Positions 50,244 to 64,000 of a stretch of DNA of 64,000 nt are shown here, piece by piece; position 1 is the stretch's first letter, and each line of letters starts with the position of its first letter. The translations under genes were made by a program, and so were the position numbers. Source of the DNA: Bigelowiella natans CCMP2755 (lineage: Eukaryota; Protista; Cercozoa). The notes beneath the pieces were generated by a model. It had not been told where the DNA came from. It made no database searches and worked only from the letters and a program-made list of their open reading frames with translations. The stretch spans positions 62,001 through 126,000 of the forward strand of contig ADNK01000503.1 of the NCBI GenBank assembly GCA_000320545.1. Reading direction: 5' to 3'.

Positions 50244-52271
50244 AGACAAAAGTACGTCATATGGCCGCTGCAATTTTATTTGGGGACATATTTATAGATA
50301 TATGTAGCTTTAGGGCATGCATGGAAAGACAAACGCACTTTCCAGTCGACGTCACTCAGCATAGTTTTGAGCTCCTCCTCTTCGTAATTATCCAATTTCA
50401 AAGCGTATGCGCCATATGTGATCTCCATAATAATTGGTGTGCAGGCTTCTGTGTCAAATGCCTTTGCTTGCGGCAAGATGAAATCCGGCAGAATTTCGTC
50501 GTTTCTTTTACATATGCTCATATACATATCCTCCAATTTTTGTTCCGCCTCGAGCTTCTCCTTCATCTTGGCTTCCTCAAAATAATCGCGAGGAATCTGG
50601 AAGTGGTCATAAGAGCCGTCGACCTTACCCCCCTGCTCCGCCTTGAGGAGCTGATAAAGGTCGTTGGTGATCTCGGTTTGCCGGGCAGCTTCGTTCACGG
50701 TCGCACTCTTTCCCATGCCGCTCTGTGCAAGAAGAACCTGTAAGATTGTACTACTTTGAGTTTGAATTTTCCAAGATACGCTAGACGCGATCATGGAGTC
50801 GGCTTATCTTTCTCACTCTCCTTTTTTTGTAAATAGAACGGCAAATTGACCGTGGTCCTTTCCTCCTTGCCGCTATCTCCATGGACAGTCAGATTTTTTG
50901 AAATGTCACCCAGAATCTCGATTAAATGCTTCGACTGTCTCGACTGTTTCACCCGTTTTTGTGAAGCCACCTTGATCTAAAGAAACAAGAGGAGAATATA
51001 GTAAAAAAGAGTAAAATACTGTTGACGCACACTCTGTAGAGTAAACTACCTCTGAGACAGTGTCTTTAAAATATTGAATCATACTCCCTATAACATTTTC
51101 CTCCGGCAGCACTGAAGGGGAAAGATATATGTGTTTGTGTGTGTGTGTGTAGGGAAGAAGAAGAGGAAGAAGTGAGAGACAAAGAAAGAAGAGAGAACAT
51201 GAAACAAATAACTCTGGTCTCCACTCACCTTCCTCATTAAAGGTCAATGATTCTGGAAATATGAAGTCTTCTTCTATTTCCATTTCTTCATCCTGACATC
51301 ATAAAATTTTTGAATAGTATTACAACAGTTAGCAACCAGAGCAACAACCTACTTCTACAACTTGGTGATATTGTTGGAATCGTGCGTATTATTATATCCT
51401 ACTGCAATTATTCTTGGAATAGTGTACGTATTATTACTATATCGTCTGGGTTATAATCATCATAGTCTTTCACAAATTTGGTCCAGAGTCCTTTTAATCT
51501 CCAGCCTCGATTTCGAACATCCGTCGGTGGCTTGATTCCCTTCAAATCTGCGTAGTAGTCTGCAGCACTATTCCATGTACCGTACTTCCTGTCTTTGTGA
51601 TTCAATTTTTCTTCCCCAAAGGCCTTGACAGCAATCTTCAGAAAAAGAAAATCGATCGGTCCAAAAAATTTCCTTTTTACCCTTTTGCGAAAAGGACAGA
51701 AAGTTAAGTTTTGAAGAAGAGTAACAATACAACATTTGGTAGAACCCGTTCCTGAGAGCCTTAACATTACTTTCCACCCCGTTTTGCTCCCAGAAATTGA
51801 TAAGTGCCTTTTTATATTTTTCGCTTCCGCTTTCGCGATTCTTGCCCTCCGAATTGCAACTACTTCGCTTTCTTTTGGTCTTAGCGGCGCTCGTATCGGC
51901 TTTTATTTTTGATGTACTTTTTGTTATTTCACTCTTCAATCTCTTTCTTTTGTTTCGTCTATTGTCACTGTTGGTAGTACCATATTGAAATCAGGAAAAA
52001 TCATCCGGCAGTCTTACATCATATATCTCGAGAAGGTAGATGTTTATACCAAGATGTAGATTGTTTCGTGTTCCTTCGTTTCCTGGTTTGGAATCTGTTG
52101 TATACGAATTAAAATCAGACAAAACTCGTTGGCATTGAGTTGCATAACTCGAGAAAACAGATGTTGATACCGAGGAGGTGACTTGGGTTCTGTCCTTCCC
52201 GTTTGCTCGTCATCCCTTTCCGTTTGCTCCTCATCGTTAGTTAAATCGATGACTTCTTCGTGCCCCAACAT
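45880..52271 (-). CDS. Large dynamin-superfamily (NUGGC/SLIP-GC-like) GTPase with a helical stalk and two C-terminal OTU-like domains; start approximate
   Basis: G1 LLAQSGMGKSATVN (about 50700-50735). G2 region ILPQ..EACTPIIMEITYG. G3 region RILEVPGTDDKDPLHRSQLIKALNLANNVIVL (about 49150-49230). The terminal exon contains the 1098-aa ORF, whose C-terminus LLREAIVKEL..WKIHMENLKKGDSFNFLDIKAAADYLKVKISVVD..VICLW..WYAL follows the OTU pattern. Confidence 0.72.
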
Positions 52272-52648
52272 TCTGCACGTATTACCCCGGTTGAGTGAAG
52301 TGGCTTTTCCAGTGAGATGTGTCTATGACTTTTTTCCAGACGACGACATAATATGTGTGTTGTCGCATCTTTCGAAATGCCAGCATTCAGTCGTACATAA
52401 CAGAGGACTATTCGAGCGACAATAAGATCAAAAATGTCTCAGAATCGAAACCTACTACATAACATGAAAGATATTAGTAAGGATGTTCTCAGGATGTTTT
52501 TATATCTAAAATAATATTGATAACAATAATAACAACATTCACTCTCCTTCATACGCTGGGAATCTCATCACATCCGACGAGAACCGATGATGATGATGAT
52601 GATGATCGTGATGATGACGGCAGCCTGCAGTTCTGCTCAACCTCTCTC

Positions 52649-54298
52649 ATGAGGCTACCACCAGCCAAAGGCAGTAGTGGGGGCAGGAAGGGGGTTGGCA
52701 ATCCGAGAGATGGGTGCTTTAGCTTCTGTTGCAAGCCCCTTAAAGGCATAAGCAGGGCCACGATCGGGAGTCGTCTTTTCGAGTTCGCAGTTTATCTGGT
52801 CGCGGCAGTCGTGTGTACTTAGTAGAGTGTGGTGAGTTCTGATTCTTTTCTATTCTTAGTGGGTTATCTACGTTTTCACACGGGTGCTCTTATTTCCTGG
52901 AGGGGGGGGGATCACGTACGGCTCCGGAGATGATAGTAGCCAGGGGACGGCAGGAGGACATCATCATACGCAGACATCCTCTCGTATATACTATAAGACG
53001 CCCAAGGAGGGTCGATGGTCAATTCCCCTCCCACACTAGTGCAAAAAAAAATAACAAAATTGAGTCGCTGGTTGGTAACAAGGACGCCGATACTTCTTGA
53101 ATTTTAGGTCCGAAAATGATCTCAGCGAGGAATATTTCGATTCGCACACATGCTCCTATGAGTCGCAACATTGGTAGGTGGCATGAATTTCCGGTATACA
53201 ATTATCTGAAGAATTATATCACATCCCAGGAACAACCTGGGAGGGCGACCGTATCCGCAAGCAATGTGCTACCCCCCGATCGATGCAGTGTAATTTATCT
53301 CATCTTTACGAATGTGGCGATGACATACTAATTTATTAAAATTGCAATCGATGCTGCTGTTTTGTAGATATACCTGGGTAAATGGCTCAGATATGCTTCA
53401 TAAGGTTGTTCTCATCACGTTATCACGCCAGCCATCCGGCAACTTATGATGCGTTGTTCTCAGGAGTTGGTTCGAAAGTATAAGCGTCTGGCTGATGGCT
53501 TGTCGCCCTCCACTCCGGTGTTGAATTGATAACTACTGTCTGTATTATAACACAAACAAACCAAGGGCCGCGCTTCGATTTGGATATTCACGTCGTGTTT
53601 ACGTTACTACTCAGGATGAAGGAGAAAAGGAGGATTCAGCTCACTCGGCAACTGCTGATAGGTTTTGAAAGAGAGACTGACTCGTTGCTGCATATTTATC
53701 TGGTTACTCACTCTTTCCCTTTTCCCCCTTTGTGGACGACAGGTATAGAGACAACGAGGAGCTTCGGTAAGCTTCACACCTAAAAGGACTGGCAGAGATT
53801 GAATTGTTTACTCGGCATAACACGTCCTTGTCTCTTCTTAATCGTATAATACCGTAGCTATTCATTTCGATCGTTGTGGTACCGTGCTCCCTGGATCCGC
53901 CATGTTTACCTCGTAACCAACGGACAGGTTATATAGCAAGCAGCAGCAAAGTGTGCAAGTTTGTACCAGTGTGCATTCACAAGGAGAATAATAGAATAAT
54001 AGCAATAATAATAACAACTAATCCTAATCGTTATCACATCCAAGTATCTCTCATAGAAGAAGGCATTGATTCCCTTCCCTGTTCTTCGTTATTGTCTTTC
54101 TCGTAATGTTGGTGAATGATTACGGTGTGTGTACAGGTTCCGTACTGGCTCAATTGGAAGCATCCGAAGTAAGGAGGAGTGTGTAAAAACCTAGTGATGA
54201 TGCAGTTCCTCCTCGCCGGCTGCCATTGGAGATTGCTGTGAATATACATCTGCTATTGCATAAGGCATTGTTTCTTTTCTTAATGCCGATTTATCTTC

Positions 54299-54347
<49 letters not shown>

Positions 54348-56818
54348 ATGATCGATCAGGATTACTGTGGTCCCTCATCATGAGATATTCCCCAATAGCA
54401 GCCATCTTCCCAGCTTTGCCTCCCCCTCGATCGAAGGTAGTAGTGTGAGCGAATCAGCGAGTGAGAAGGGATGATGTAAGTGAGCAATAATGGTGATGAT
54501 GACGGGAGGAAAGAGCAATAGGTAGTGATTCGGTTATCTCGAGTATTTCAATCAGGAATGGTGGGGGTTTGTGCCTTTACGCGCTACCACATGAATGAAG
54601 ACGGCCTAGGCCGGCAATCGATCAACTATCTCACCTCATTCTTAACTTGAAGAGAAAATATTAAACCAAGCTTCTCCCTCCTCCTCCTCCTCCTCCTCCT
54701 TGCAGCTCACCTGCATCGCATTCCCGGTCTCTCGCAGAAGTTTCTTTACTTCAACGATGACGTTATGCTAGGATCTCCGGTACTGCTACTACTGCTGCTG
54801 CTGCTGCGAATGTGCATGTTACTAGAAAGCAAGCATCCACAAAAAGAGTAGGAAGGGCAAAGTAACCACGTGTACACCTTCCCATTCAAACTACTTCTCC
54901 CCCCCTGTATCTTTGAACACTGACTTTCGGTCACTCGAAGGTGTGGCCACGTGACTTCTGGACGCATGAAAAGGGGCAGAAGATCTACTTGGCTTGGGTT
55001 ATCCGTCACAGCATCACGCATTGTTTTTGCTGCTATAGTGGCACTCTCGCTCTGTCTTCCAAATATTGCATAACATGGATGTTGGTTATTGTGCGTGTAG
55101 GACTCTCCGACTTGTGCAGAAGGGTGTCCTGAGGTATCTTCTTGTTGTCTTTTCAATAATTTGTGATGAATACTTAAATATATTAATATATATATGTAAT
55201 ATATGAATAACATATAATCTTATCACTAAATGAACATTGCATCGTTTCGTCTTCCTGCTTTCTCGTCGAGTCATCATTTATCTCCCGATCCTCCTCATCA
55301 TCATCCTCATCATCACCATCATCATATCTTATCATCTTCAGTCCTACCTGAAAGACGGGACCTGCGATATTCAATGTGCTTCTCATCACACGAATAATAC
55401 ACTCATTTCCAGCCTGACACATTTGTAGCCTGTCACTTAATCATGCCTAATATATACCTACGTTCTCCGCTGTTTCTCAGCAACAACAACGACAACTACA
55501 ACAACAATACAACAGCCAACTGAAGAGTTGAATGCCATATAAAGAATAATAATAACAATAATGATAATAATAAAGGCAACACGACGTTTTGCAACTACGA
55601 TGGAGGGGATTGCTTAGGTCGTCTTTGCGCATCACCATGAATTGAAGAAGAAGAAGAAGTATCACAATATAAATCTCCCATCGTCTTTCCGTGTAATATT
55701 GCTCAGGCATCAGTCCCCGGGAATCTAGCTCCTACAACAGCTATCAGAAGGTTCAGATACCCTCCCTCCGCAACATTCAAGGGGAAAATATGATCATTCA
55801 AGTATAGGGCGAAGAGGAGGATAGAATTGCCACCTTGAATCTCATTCTTCATCATCTTCTTCGTTGTCGTGGTTTTCTTATTCTTTTGTGGTTAAATTCA
55901 CCAGAAGGCAAAGAAGAAAGAGAGTAGTGGGGGTAGCATGATGCTGCCAGGTGGAGGAGAGCGATGTCACAGAATGTGCCTAAACTCATGGCTGGGAGAC
56001 GGCCAGTGCGACGATGCATGTACTTATCATTCTAACCCATACATCCATACACATAATGAGAGTAAGGGGGGGGGGGGGGGTAGTCTGCAAGCACGAGCAT
56101 CATATTCCCCTCCAATTCTTTTTTTTCATTTTTAGAATGAAAGATGGTTTCTTCTTCTTCTTCTTCTTCTTCTTCTTCTTCTTCATTATCATCTTATTTC
56201 TTTAATGCTCTCTTTCTTCTGGTGCACAGGCAAACGACCAGAGTGCGGGTTCGATCTGGGGGATTGTGGTTTCTCATTGTTACTAGACGGTGGAAAAGCG
56301 GGCAAAGAAGCTGCATTAGTAGATCTGGCTCTTCCCGAACCCACTTCTTCGTCTTCTGATGATGGCAACGATGTAGTCTCTCTATATCTCGATAAGGCCG
56401 CATACACAAAAGGTCGCTAGTATCTAGTAGTAGTAGTAGTAGTAGTAACACATAATAATGAGAAACACATAGCGACAATAGTAAAAATGATATCTTCTGT
56501 AATCATCGTAGCTTTTCTCTCTCTATTTTATCTCTGTGTTTGAGGTGTGTGCGAACGTGCGTACATGCAAATGCATTGCGTGATCTAACATCGTATTTGA
56601 CGACCAATCGTGTTGGTGCTGTTGCATGCTTCCTCCTCCTCCTCCTCCTCACCCTCCTTCTCCGTAGGATTCATACTCTCGTTGAGGCAGGTGTGTGCTA
56701 TGCAGTATGCATGTATGCATGTATGTATGTTTGTAAATATCAAGTGCGAATAAGATCTATCACTGGTAAGATTCTTCATTCACGCGGACAGACGCAAGAT
56801 GCTCTTTACATTGAAAGA

Positions 56819-56850
<32 letters not shown>

Positions 56851-57627
56851 AGAGGAGAGAGAGAGAGGGAAGACTCCATTCTTGTCCATCATTCACCATT
56901 ATCCTCATCTCCTCCTCCTCTTCGTCTCTCTTTCTTTGCGTTCTTCTTCTTCTTTTTCTAGGTTTTCGAATTTCCAACAGTTCATCTGCTAAGGTATGCT
57001 ACGAGTGAGAAGAATTAGAAGGAGAAGAAGCACAAGATCGCCCACAACAACAACACCCAAACCTCTTTCCTTCTGCTCTGATCCATTTTTGTTCTTATTA
57101 TTATTGCTCCTCCTTTTGCCTAAACTTACTAGCTGGTTGGATGGAGCGGTTTCGTCAAAATCAGACACCGGATATATCAGAGCTGTAAAACTTTCGCATG
57201 GTGGGTACCCCTAAAAAAACTCTTATTCATTAGTTTTTATATATAGCCGTCGCTTCGTTAGCCTCCGCACCCCTTCTCACAGCGCAGGACAGTTGACGAC
57301 ACGACTACACGTTTTGCCGTTTTGTATTACATAGTCCGTGGAAGTCACGGCGGTGACAGTCTCGTTGTAGTGCTTCCAAGCGGTGTTTCTCCCAAGGGCA
57401 AACACGGTGCTCGAAGCAGCCGAACGAGCAGCAATTCAAGGAGGTGGTGGTATTCTCAGGACAAGGACGACATTGAAGATGAAGAACAACAGCAAGAGCA
57501 ACCACCTGTGCTTGTGACTCTAACCCTTTCAGGATACCGTGCTGGAAGTAGCAGTCAAGACAGCGAAGATGGTGGTCAAATTACCATCCAAGTGAGACTT
57601 ATGGCAGGAAGTAATTCACTGTGTTTT

Positions 57628-57668
<41 letters not shown>

Positions 57669-57876
57669 TATCCCACCCCTATTGCCTTCTTCGCACAAAA
57701 TGAATCATCACGCTATCAGGTCCTCCAAAGAGAACGATCGTCGTCGATAATGATGATGATGTTCATCACCAACAGCCAAACAGGTGTGTGTATTCCTTGA
57801 ATTAAAACAAAAGACAAGACCGTCATTACTCCTCTTTCTTTCTATCAGCTGCTGTAGAAACATACAACATTATATG

Positions 57877-57920
<44 letters not shown>

Positions 57921-58788
57921 CAGGAAAGGCTCGTCTTTGTCTTCTTCATCATCTTCTTCTTCTTCTGCTTCACCTGCCGCAAAGTATCTTGAGAACGTGC
58001 TGATGGACGACAGTGAAGATGATGAGGACTACGGCAGCAATATCGACTTCAGTAAGCTGCTTGACGTGGAGGAGGGGGAGGAGGAGGAAGAGGAAGAGGA
58101 AGAAAAGGGAGGGATAGATAGCGGAACCAACGTTGCAGCAGCAGCAGCAGCAGCATTTGTAGAAGACGATGGAGACAACCGCCGTGATAACAAGAGTACA
58201 ATTGCTTCATCATTATCTTCTTCTTCTTCTTCTTCTTCTTCTTCTTCTTCTACCCTGTCCTCCTCCGCTTCCTTATCTCGACAACGACATTCTCACCCCA
58301 AGAAGTCATCATCAACTCTACATCTTATAACTAAAAGTAGTAGACTTAGGAAACGGAATGCTACTAGTGGTGGTGGTGATAGCAGTAGCACCATAAGTAG
58401 CAGTAATCGTACTGATAGTAGTAGCAATAGTAGTAATAGTAGTAGTAGCAGCAGCCATAGTGCGGATGGTGAAAGTAGCAAGGATGATAGCGACATTAGT
58501 CCATCATCATCATCATCGTCATCGTCATCATCATTATCCCCCTCCTCCTCTTCGCCGTCTGCCACAACAAGAACAAAGCAGCACCAGCAGCATCACAGGA
58601 GCTTGCTTAGCTTCACTGGTACTAATGCTGATTCTACTGCTACTGCTACTGCTACTTCTGAGAGGAAAAGAGAGTGAAGTAGTTACGTTTTATATAGTTG
58701 TAATGTAGAGGGGAGAGTGGGGAGAGAATAGCAGGAAAGAAAGCAATGAAGGAGGTGAAGGAAGCTGCACTATAGACATACTTACTAA

Positions 58789-58833
<45 letters not shown>

Positions 58834-61218
58834 TTGTTTAAGCGCACATACACGTATCTTTAGGTGGCGACGAAACGAAGAGTGGTGAGTACCCTGAAGC
58901 AGCACCACAGCCCATTGGAAAAAACAAGTGCAACACAACCTCCTGCAATAGTCTCCCTCACGACGAAGATCGCGATAAAACATTAAAATATGAGAAGGAG
59001 GAGGAGGATGAGGAGGTGAAGGGCGAGAAAGTAGGTCATTGGATCCGCGGGCTGAAGCGCAAGCAGCTAGCATTGACTCTTCTTGAGGATGCCTTTCGGC
59101 TACTTTATGGGGATCGAAGTGGTGGTGGAAGTAGTAATGATACGAGTAGAGGTGGTGGCGTACAGGAGGAGGAGGAGGAGGAGGAGGAAGTTCTTCTTTC
59201 TCTCGATAATAGATCTGATGCTGCTGCTGCTGCTGCTGCTGCGAAATGGGTTGAGGTAGAGTCCTTGATAAGGAGGTGGATGAAAGAAGCAGAGAACGAT
59301 GGTATACAAGGTGGGGGGCTAGGCCTCCTCCTCGAAACCATGGAAGAGAAAGAAAGAGGGGGAGGAATTCAAACAGAAATAGGAGCAATGGATAATAGCA
59401 GTAACCCAACGAAGGGGCCTACGTGGAAGGAGGGGGGGGGGGGGGAAGAGGAGCTAACAGCTGCTCTCCTTCCACGGCGTCGTTTGCTGATGGACACGTT
59501 CGGTGACTCGCTGCGATTTGTAAATATGCTATTCCGACACCGCTATGGGCTGCAAAATGGACAACGAAAGGTGTTTGTGCTGCTGTTGCTGCTACTATTG
59601 TTATAAGAGGAATGGTTCTTTCGTCATTGCCATCTTTGCTACAACAACAAACACAACAAAAATAATGATAAGAATAATAATGGTAAGAATGTTAATACCA
59701 CAAGGTCCCGGCGCACATGCCTCATTTTTTCGATACGAGGATAATGCAAAGCTTGCAGGGTTTATTTCCCAGAGAATATGACTCTACCTCAAGCCATAGA
59801 TTTCGAGATTCAAGGTGGTCAACTGTAGTTATAAAGGCAGCACGCGCGCACACATGCACAAAAACACATTACATACTAGCATCCAGCTTCATACAAACCG
59901 TAGATACCATCATAATTGCTTTGATTTATGTGCTTCTTTGCTAGGGATATGCAGCTTGCTTTCACCTACTACTACTACCTTATGCAGGAGGTTGACGTTG
60001 AATAAAGCATTAATATAGAAGAAGAAGAAGAAGAAGAAGAAGAAGAAGAAGAAGGCGTTGTCCATTCTTGTTGCTTCACTACTACCGTTGTTCTGTTGTG
60101 TGCATCATTTTGGCAACCAAATCGATTGATCGTTCAGTGTTCATCGTGGATGTGCTGCAAAAGTAAGTAGCGTAAATGATGATCAGCTTAATCCTTCTTT
60201 TCTCCCTTCCCCTCCCTCCTCCTCCTCCTCCTCCTCCTCCTCCTCCTCCCCCTCTGCACTAACATTACCTGTACAGCCGTTGTATCCCAGCGAGGCCCCG
60301 ATCAACGCGTTGCTGGCCTCCTTCGACATGGTTCTTTTCTCTCTTCCTCCTCCTCCTCCTTCTCGTCCTTTTCTCTATCCTCCTTCAACCGGCTGATGTG
60401 TCTGCCAAATTTGTTTGACCATCATCATCATCATCATCATCATCATCACCGTCGCCTTCGTCATTATTATGATCTATCATACTCGCCATTATCGCTATTA
60501 GGACGGAGATCGGCTGTTCAACTCGGTAGAGCTGCGTGATCTAGTGAAAGCCATCACGGCTATGGACTCCAAGCCAATCGAGAAGGAGGAGAAGGAGGAG
60601 GATATTCCTTCCAAGAACAAGGATGATGAGAATACGAAGAAAGGGGTGTACTGTTCTGAGGATGGTGGCAGCAGAAACGCATCGAAGCCGTACAAAACAG
60701 TCAAGAAGGTGATGATATTGATGATGATGATGATTTATGATGATTGAAGCAAGGGTGGGGTAGCGATACAATGGCCATCCACATGATGGCATAACGATGA
60801 TTACTTGTACTTCAACCTTGATATTTGTCCTTTCTCCTGCTTACGCCTATGTTGTTGTTGTTGTTGTTGTTGTCATCATCGACTTCTTTGGACATGGTGA
60901 CTTTCCCCACTCTCATCACAGAAAACAAAGCGAGAGTGCCTGACGGCATGTGAGGAGGATCGAAGATGCGGTAATCATAATTATCATCCTCATCATCATC
61001 ATCACCATCCCTACTATTCCTACTACTACTACTACTACTCGTGGATGGTGGCACCTGCTCATTGTAGAAAGAAATTATATGATGCAGCATCCACCCGACG
61101 AAGATCGAAACTAACATATAATAACAATTTAAGGTTTCATCTCCATCCATTCTATCAAGTCATCTTACTACTACTCGAAGAAGGTAGTAGAAGGAAAAGG
61201 AAGAAAAGAAAGGACGTC

Positions 61219-61256
<38 letters not shown>

Positions 61257-62645
61257 TGCAGTAGTAGTTTGTAGTACAAAAGAAAAGGACAAGGTGTGTG
61301 CTTACTATTGCTGTAGTAAAAGAGATATGAATAATTTCAGAAGAATAAGAGAAAATCTTCTTATTGTGATCTTCTGTTCCCCCCCCCCCCCCCCAATCCC
61401 CCTGTAGTTTGAGTGTGAGATGTTCACTGCGGTGGCCTGTGCGACAATCTTACCCAGAAGACGAAAGGTCTCTGATATATGTTCTTTTGAGTAGCCATAG
61501 GAAGTAGTTGAAATATCAGCGCTACCCGCCACTTGTGAATCATGATGTGCTGCTCTTATTATTACATTTTTTACTTATATTTTCTCCCTGCCTCTACTAC
61601 TATCATCATCATATACCCACAGCAGTAGAGTAGTAGCAAATGAAGTGATGGTAGCAGTAGTGACAATGATATCATCTTCTTCCAGTCTGATCATTCTTCT
61701 ACATCCTGTTTTCCTTCTTCTTCTTCTTCTTCTTCTTCTTCTTCTTCTTTTTCTTAAGATGCGGGAGGGAGGCATAATCTACAGAAAACTTAATGCAGAG
61801 AACATCGTTCGGCAAGAGCTAGGGGGTCAAACATATTGTAAATAATAGTGTTAGATTAACATGAGATGGATTTCCACCATAGAAGCTATCACGATCATCA
61901 TCATCATCATCATCATCATCATTATCTCTTGCAGTACATGTCGCTTGGACTATGGATGAGAAGCAGATGCTCTCTCCTGTGAGAGAGGGCCGAGGGATGG
62001 CGAAGAAGTTTGACTTCAAATCTTGGATCGATACGCTACCTAAACCAGTGCAAAAGGTTAAGTAGTGTTGCCGAATGTTGCGAGAAGAAGCAGCGGGAAC
62101 AACGAGGATGATATTGCTAATAGTAGTGATGAGAATGAATATTTTGCGACAGTTTCTTCATGGCTCCTCCTCCTCCTCTTCCCCCTCCTTTGTATGCTTT
62201 TGATTGATTGCGTTGCACAGGTGCTAATGGGGGCTGCGGTAGGAGCTTCGGTGATATAATCTAATCCTACCTTTACAATCATTATGTACACGCATGCAAT
62301 GATGGTAAAGAGAATGATAATAATCATGGTGATGGTGGCAGTCTTTGCCCTTGATTGTTCGATACATATTTTCCTGGTTAACTGATCTATTTTTACACGA
62401 TGTCTGTGTGTAGAATGTGGGTATTGACGACCTGGCCATCTTGACAGCTGAGGATATTTACGCATCAGATCCAAATGGTGATGAAAAAGAAGACGATGAG
62501 ATTATTCCTTCTGATTCTTGTATGCGACGAATCGTTCCCTCCATTGTTTCTCCCTAACCCATCATTTTCTTGATTGATATAAATAGGTGTGGATGCAAAG
62601 ACGGTCTCCAAGACGTTGTCGCTAATAAGACGATTGGTGAAGTAG

Positions 62646-62688
<43 letters not shown>

Positions 62689-63370
62689 AGATGATACCAA
62701 AAAGCATCTCCAACTTCTCACTAAATACACCGATAACGACGTTCACATTCCAGAGCATATCGCAAGACAGAATTATTGTCAGGGTGTTTCCCTGTTACTA
62801 TTTCCATCTTATTTTTACAATCTACTGTTCCTAATAGATGCGGCCTTCGTTTAATGGCCATCACCTTATTGTCTGAAAGCATCCTCATAATCATCTTCTT
62901 CCAACAAACAAGGTGTTGGTGTATGGAGAGATATCCTCTCCCTCCTTGGCTAAGGGCAGCTACAGTGGATTTGACAATGATGACTACTACTACTACAACG
63001 ACGATGATGATGAAAATAAGAAAGTAGGCAGCAGCAACAACGATGCCGTATTTCCAGCAGGATCTTCTCGAATGAGTGGTGAGAAGTGGACATGCAATAG
63101 CTTGGTGTCTGTGGATTCAATGGAATATTATTCAAAAGACAAAGGCTTATCGTTTTCACGTTGATGTTGCATTGTTGTTGTTGTTGTCATTGGTGATTGT
63201 GATGATGACTATGATGATGATGATGATGGTGGGGGTGATGATGATGATGAAAGGAGGTCATACATTCTAAGATCGCTCATGATGATGATATTGTTGTTGT
63301 TGTTATCGTGGTTGTGAATCAATGCGTGGTAGGAGGCAAGAAGGTTTCACCAGAGCAGATTCTGCAAGTA

Positions 63371-63405
<35 letters not shown>

Positions 63406-63409
63406 CACA

Positions 63410-63449
<40 letters not shown>

Positions 63450-64000
63450 GGGAGGGGTAGGAGAGAAGGAGAACGAAGAGAGCGAGGGGGGGGAATAATG
63501 AGTGCAAAGCCAATTCAAAAGACGCGGGCATTATTGAGAGAGACACAGAAAAGTATCTCATATTACGGGTGAATAACGTTGATTGAGATCTTCCCATTTT
63601 CATCAATATTATCCTCGGTCCTCCTGCTTTTGACAATAATCGTCTCTCCTTCTTCTACTACTTCTTCTTCTTCATTTTCTCTAATTTTCTTCTTTTCCTT
63701 CTTAAATTATAATTATTGTTGTCATAATACCATAAGGTGGATACATTGGAAAGACTAGTAAAACGGTATTTATTCTCAAGGAACACTTTCTTTAGCATTA
63801 GCATGATCGAAGATGATAGCTCGTCCACCTCCACTATCATTGTCATCATCATCATCACAATCATCATTATCACGTATGAGGGCTGCTGCTGCTGCTGCTG
63901 CTGCTTGTTCTGATGTTACAGATGGATGGGGCGCAATCACAAATATAAATTTGAGCTAGGAAGGTAGGAACAAGAAGGCTTTTCTTCCAACCTATCATCA
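52649..64000 (+). CDS. GNPTAB: GlcNAc-1-phosphotransferase alpha/beta (Stealth family, GNPTAB-like), multi-exon, 3' end outside window
   Basis: N-terminal TM, then CR1 CYPPIDAV|YTWVNGSD and CR2 RYRDNEELR|[20 protein letters not shown]|[17 protein letters not shown]|[19 protein letters not shown]. Two LNR repeats (CAEGCP..DGTCD; [23 protein letters not shown]). Then [13 protein letters not shown]3 [17 protein letters not shown]|[14 protein letters not shown]-hand FDM|[12 protein letters not shown], and NHKYKFEL at the window end. Confidence 0.93.

Noticed and set aside
16599-63873. Many short ORFs with poly-ER, LS, CV, HT, M or D tracts
   Set aside because: Translations of stop-free intronic microsatellites, not genes.

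Overview
Intron-rich, microsatellite-laden eukaryotic nuclear DNA. It is probably from a flagellate alga with a complex plastid: two genes carry signal-peptide plus Arg-rich leaders and two encode axonemal-type proteins. A chlorarachniophyte would fit, but that is inference. Hand-splicing GT-AG exons gives twelve genes and one relic, in strictly alternating orientation: ceramide synthase (+, 5'-truncated), a decayed relic (-), delta-COP (+), CFAP97-domain protein (-), CABIN1/Hir3 (+), CLC-e-like chloride channel (-), USP22/Ubp8 (+), SHIPPO/PGP-repeat protein (-), an orphan with a bipartite leader (+), a Ser-rich orphan (-), an arrestin-like protein (+), a dynamin/NUGGC-like GTPase with two apparently inactive OTU domains (-), and GNPTAB/Stealth (+, 3'-truncated). 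The strongest unexplained signal is in the tail-to-tail intergenic zones, where TpA is erased except inside CTAG and CTAG accumulates. One 441-bp stretch has no TA at all and one 370-bp stretch has 18 CTAG. This suggests a localised, context-specific DNA modification or hypermutation process. Most short ORFs in the track are microsatellite or antisense artefacts. Gene ends are hand-derived and some are approximate.
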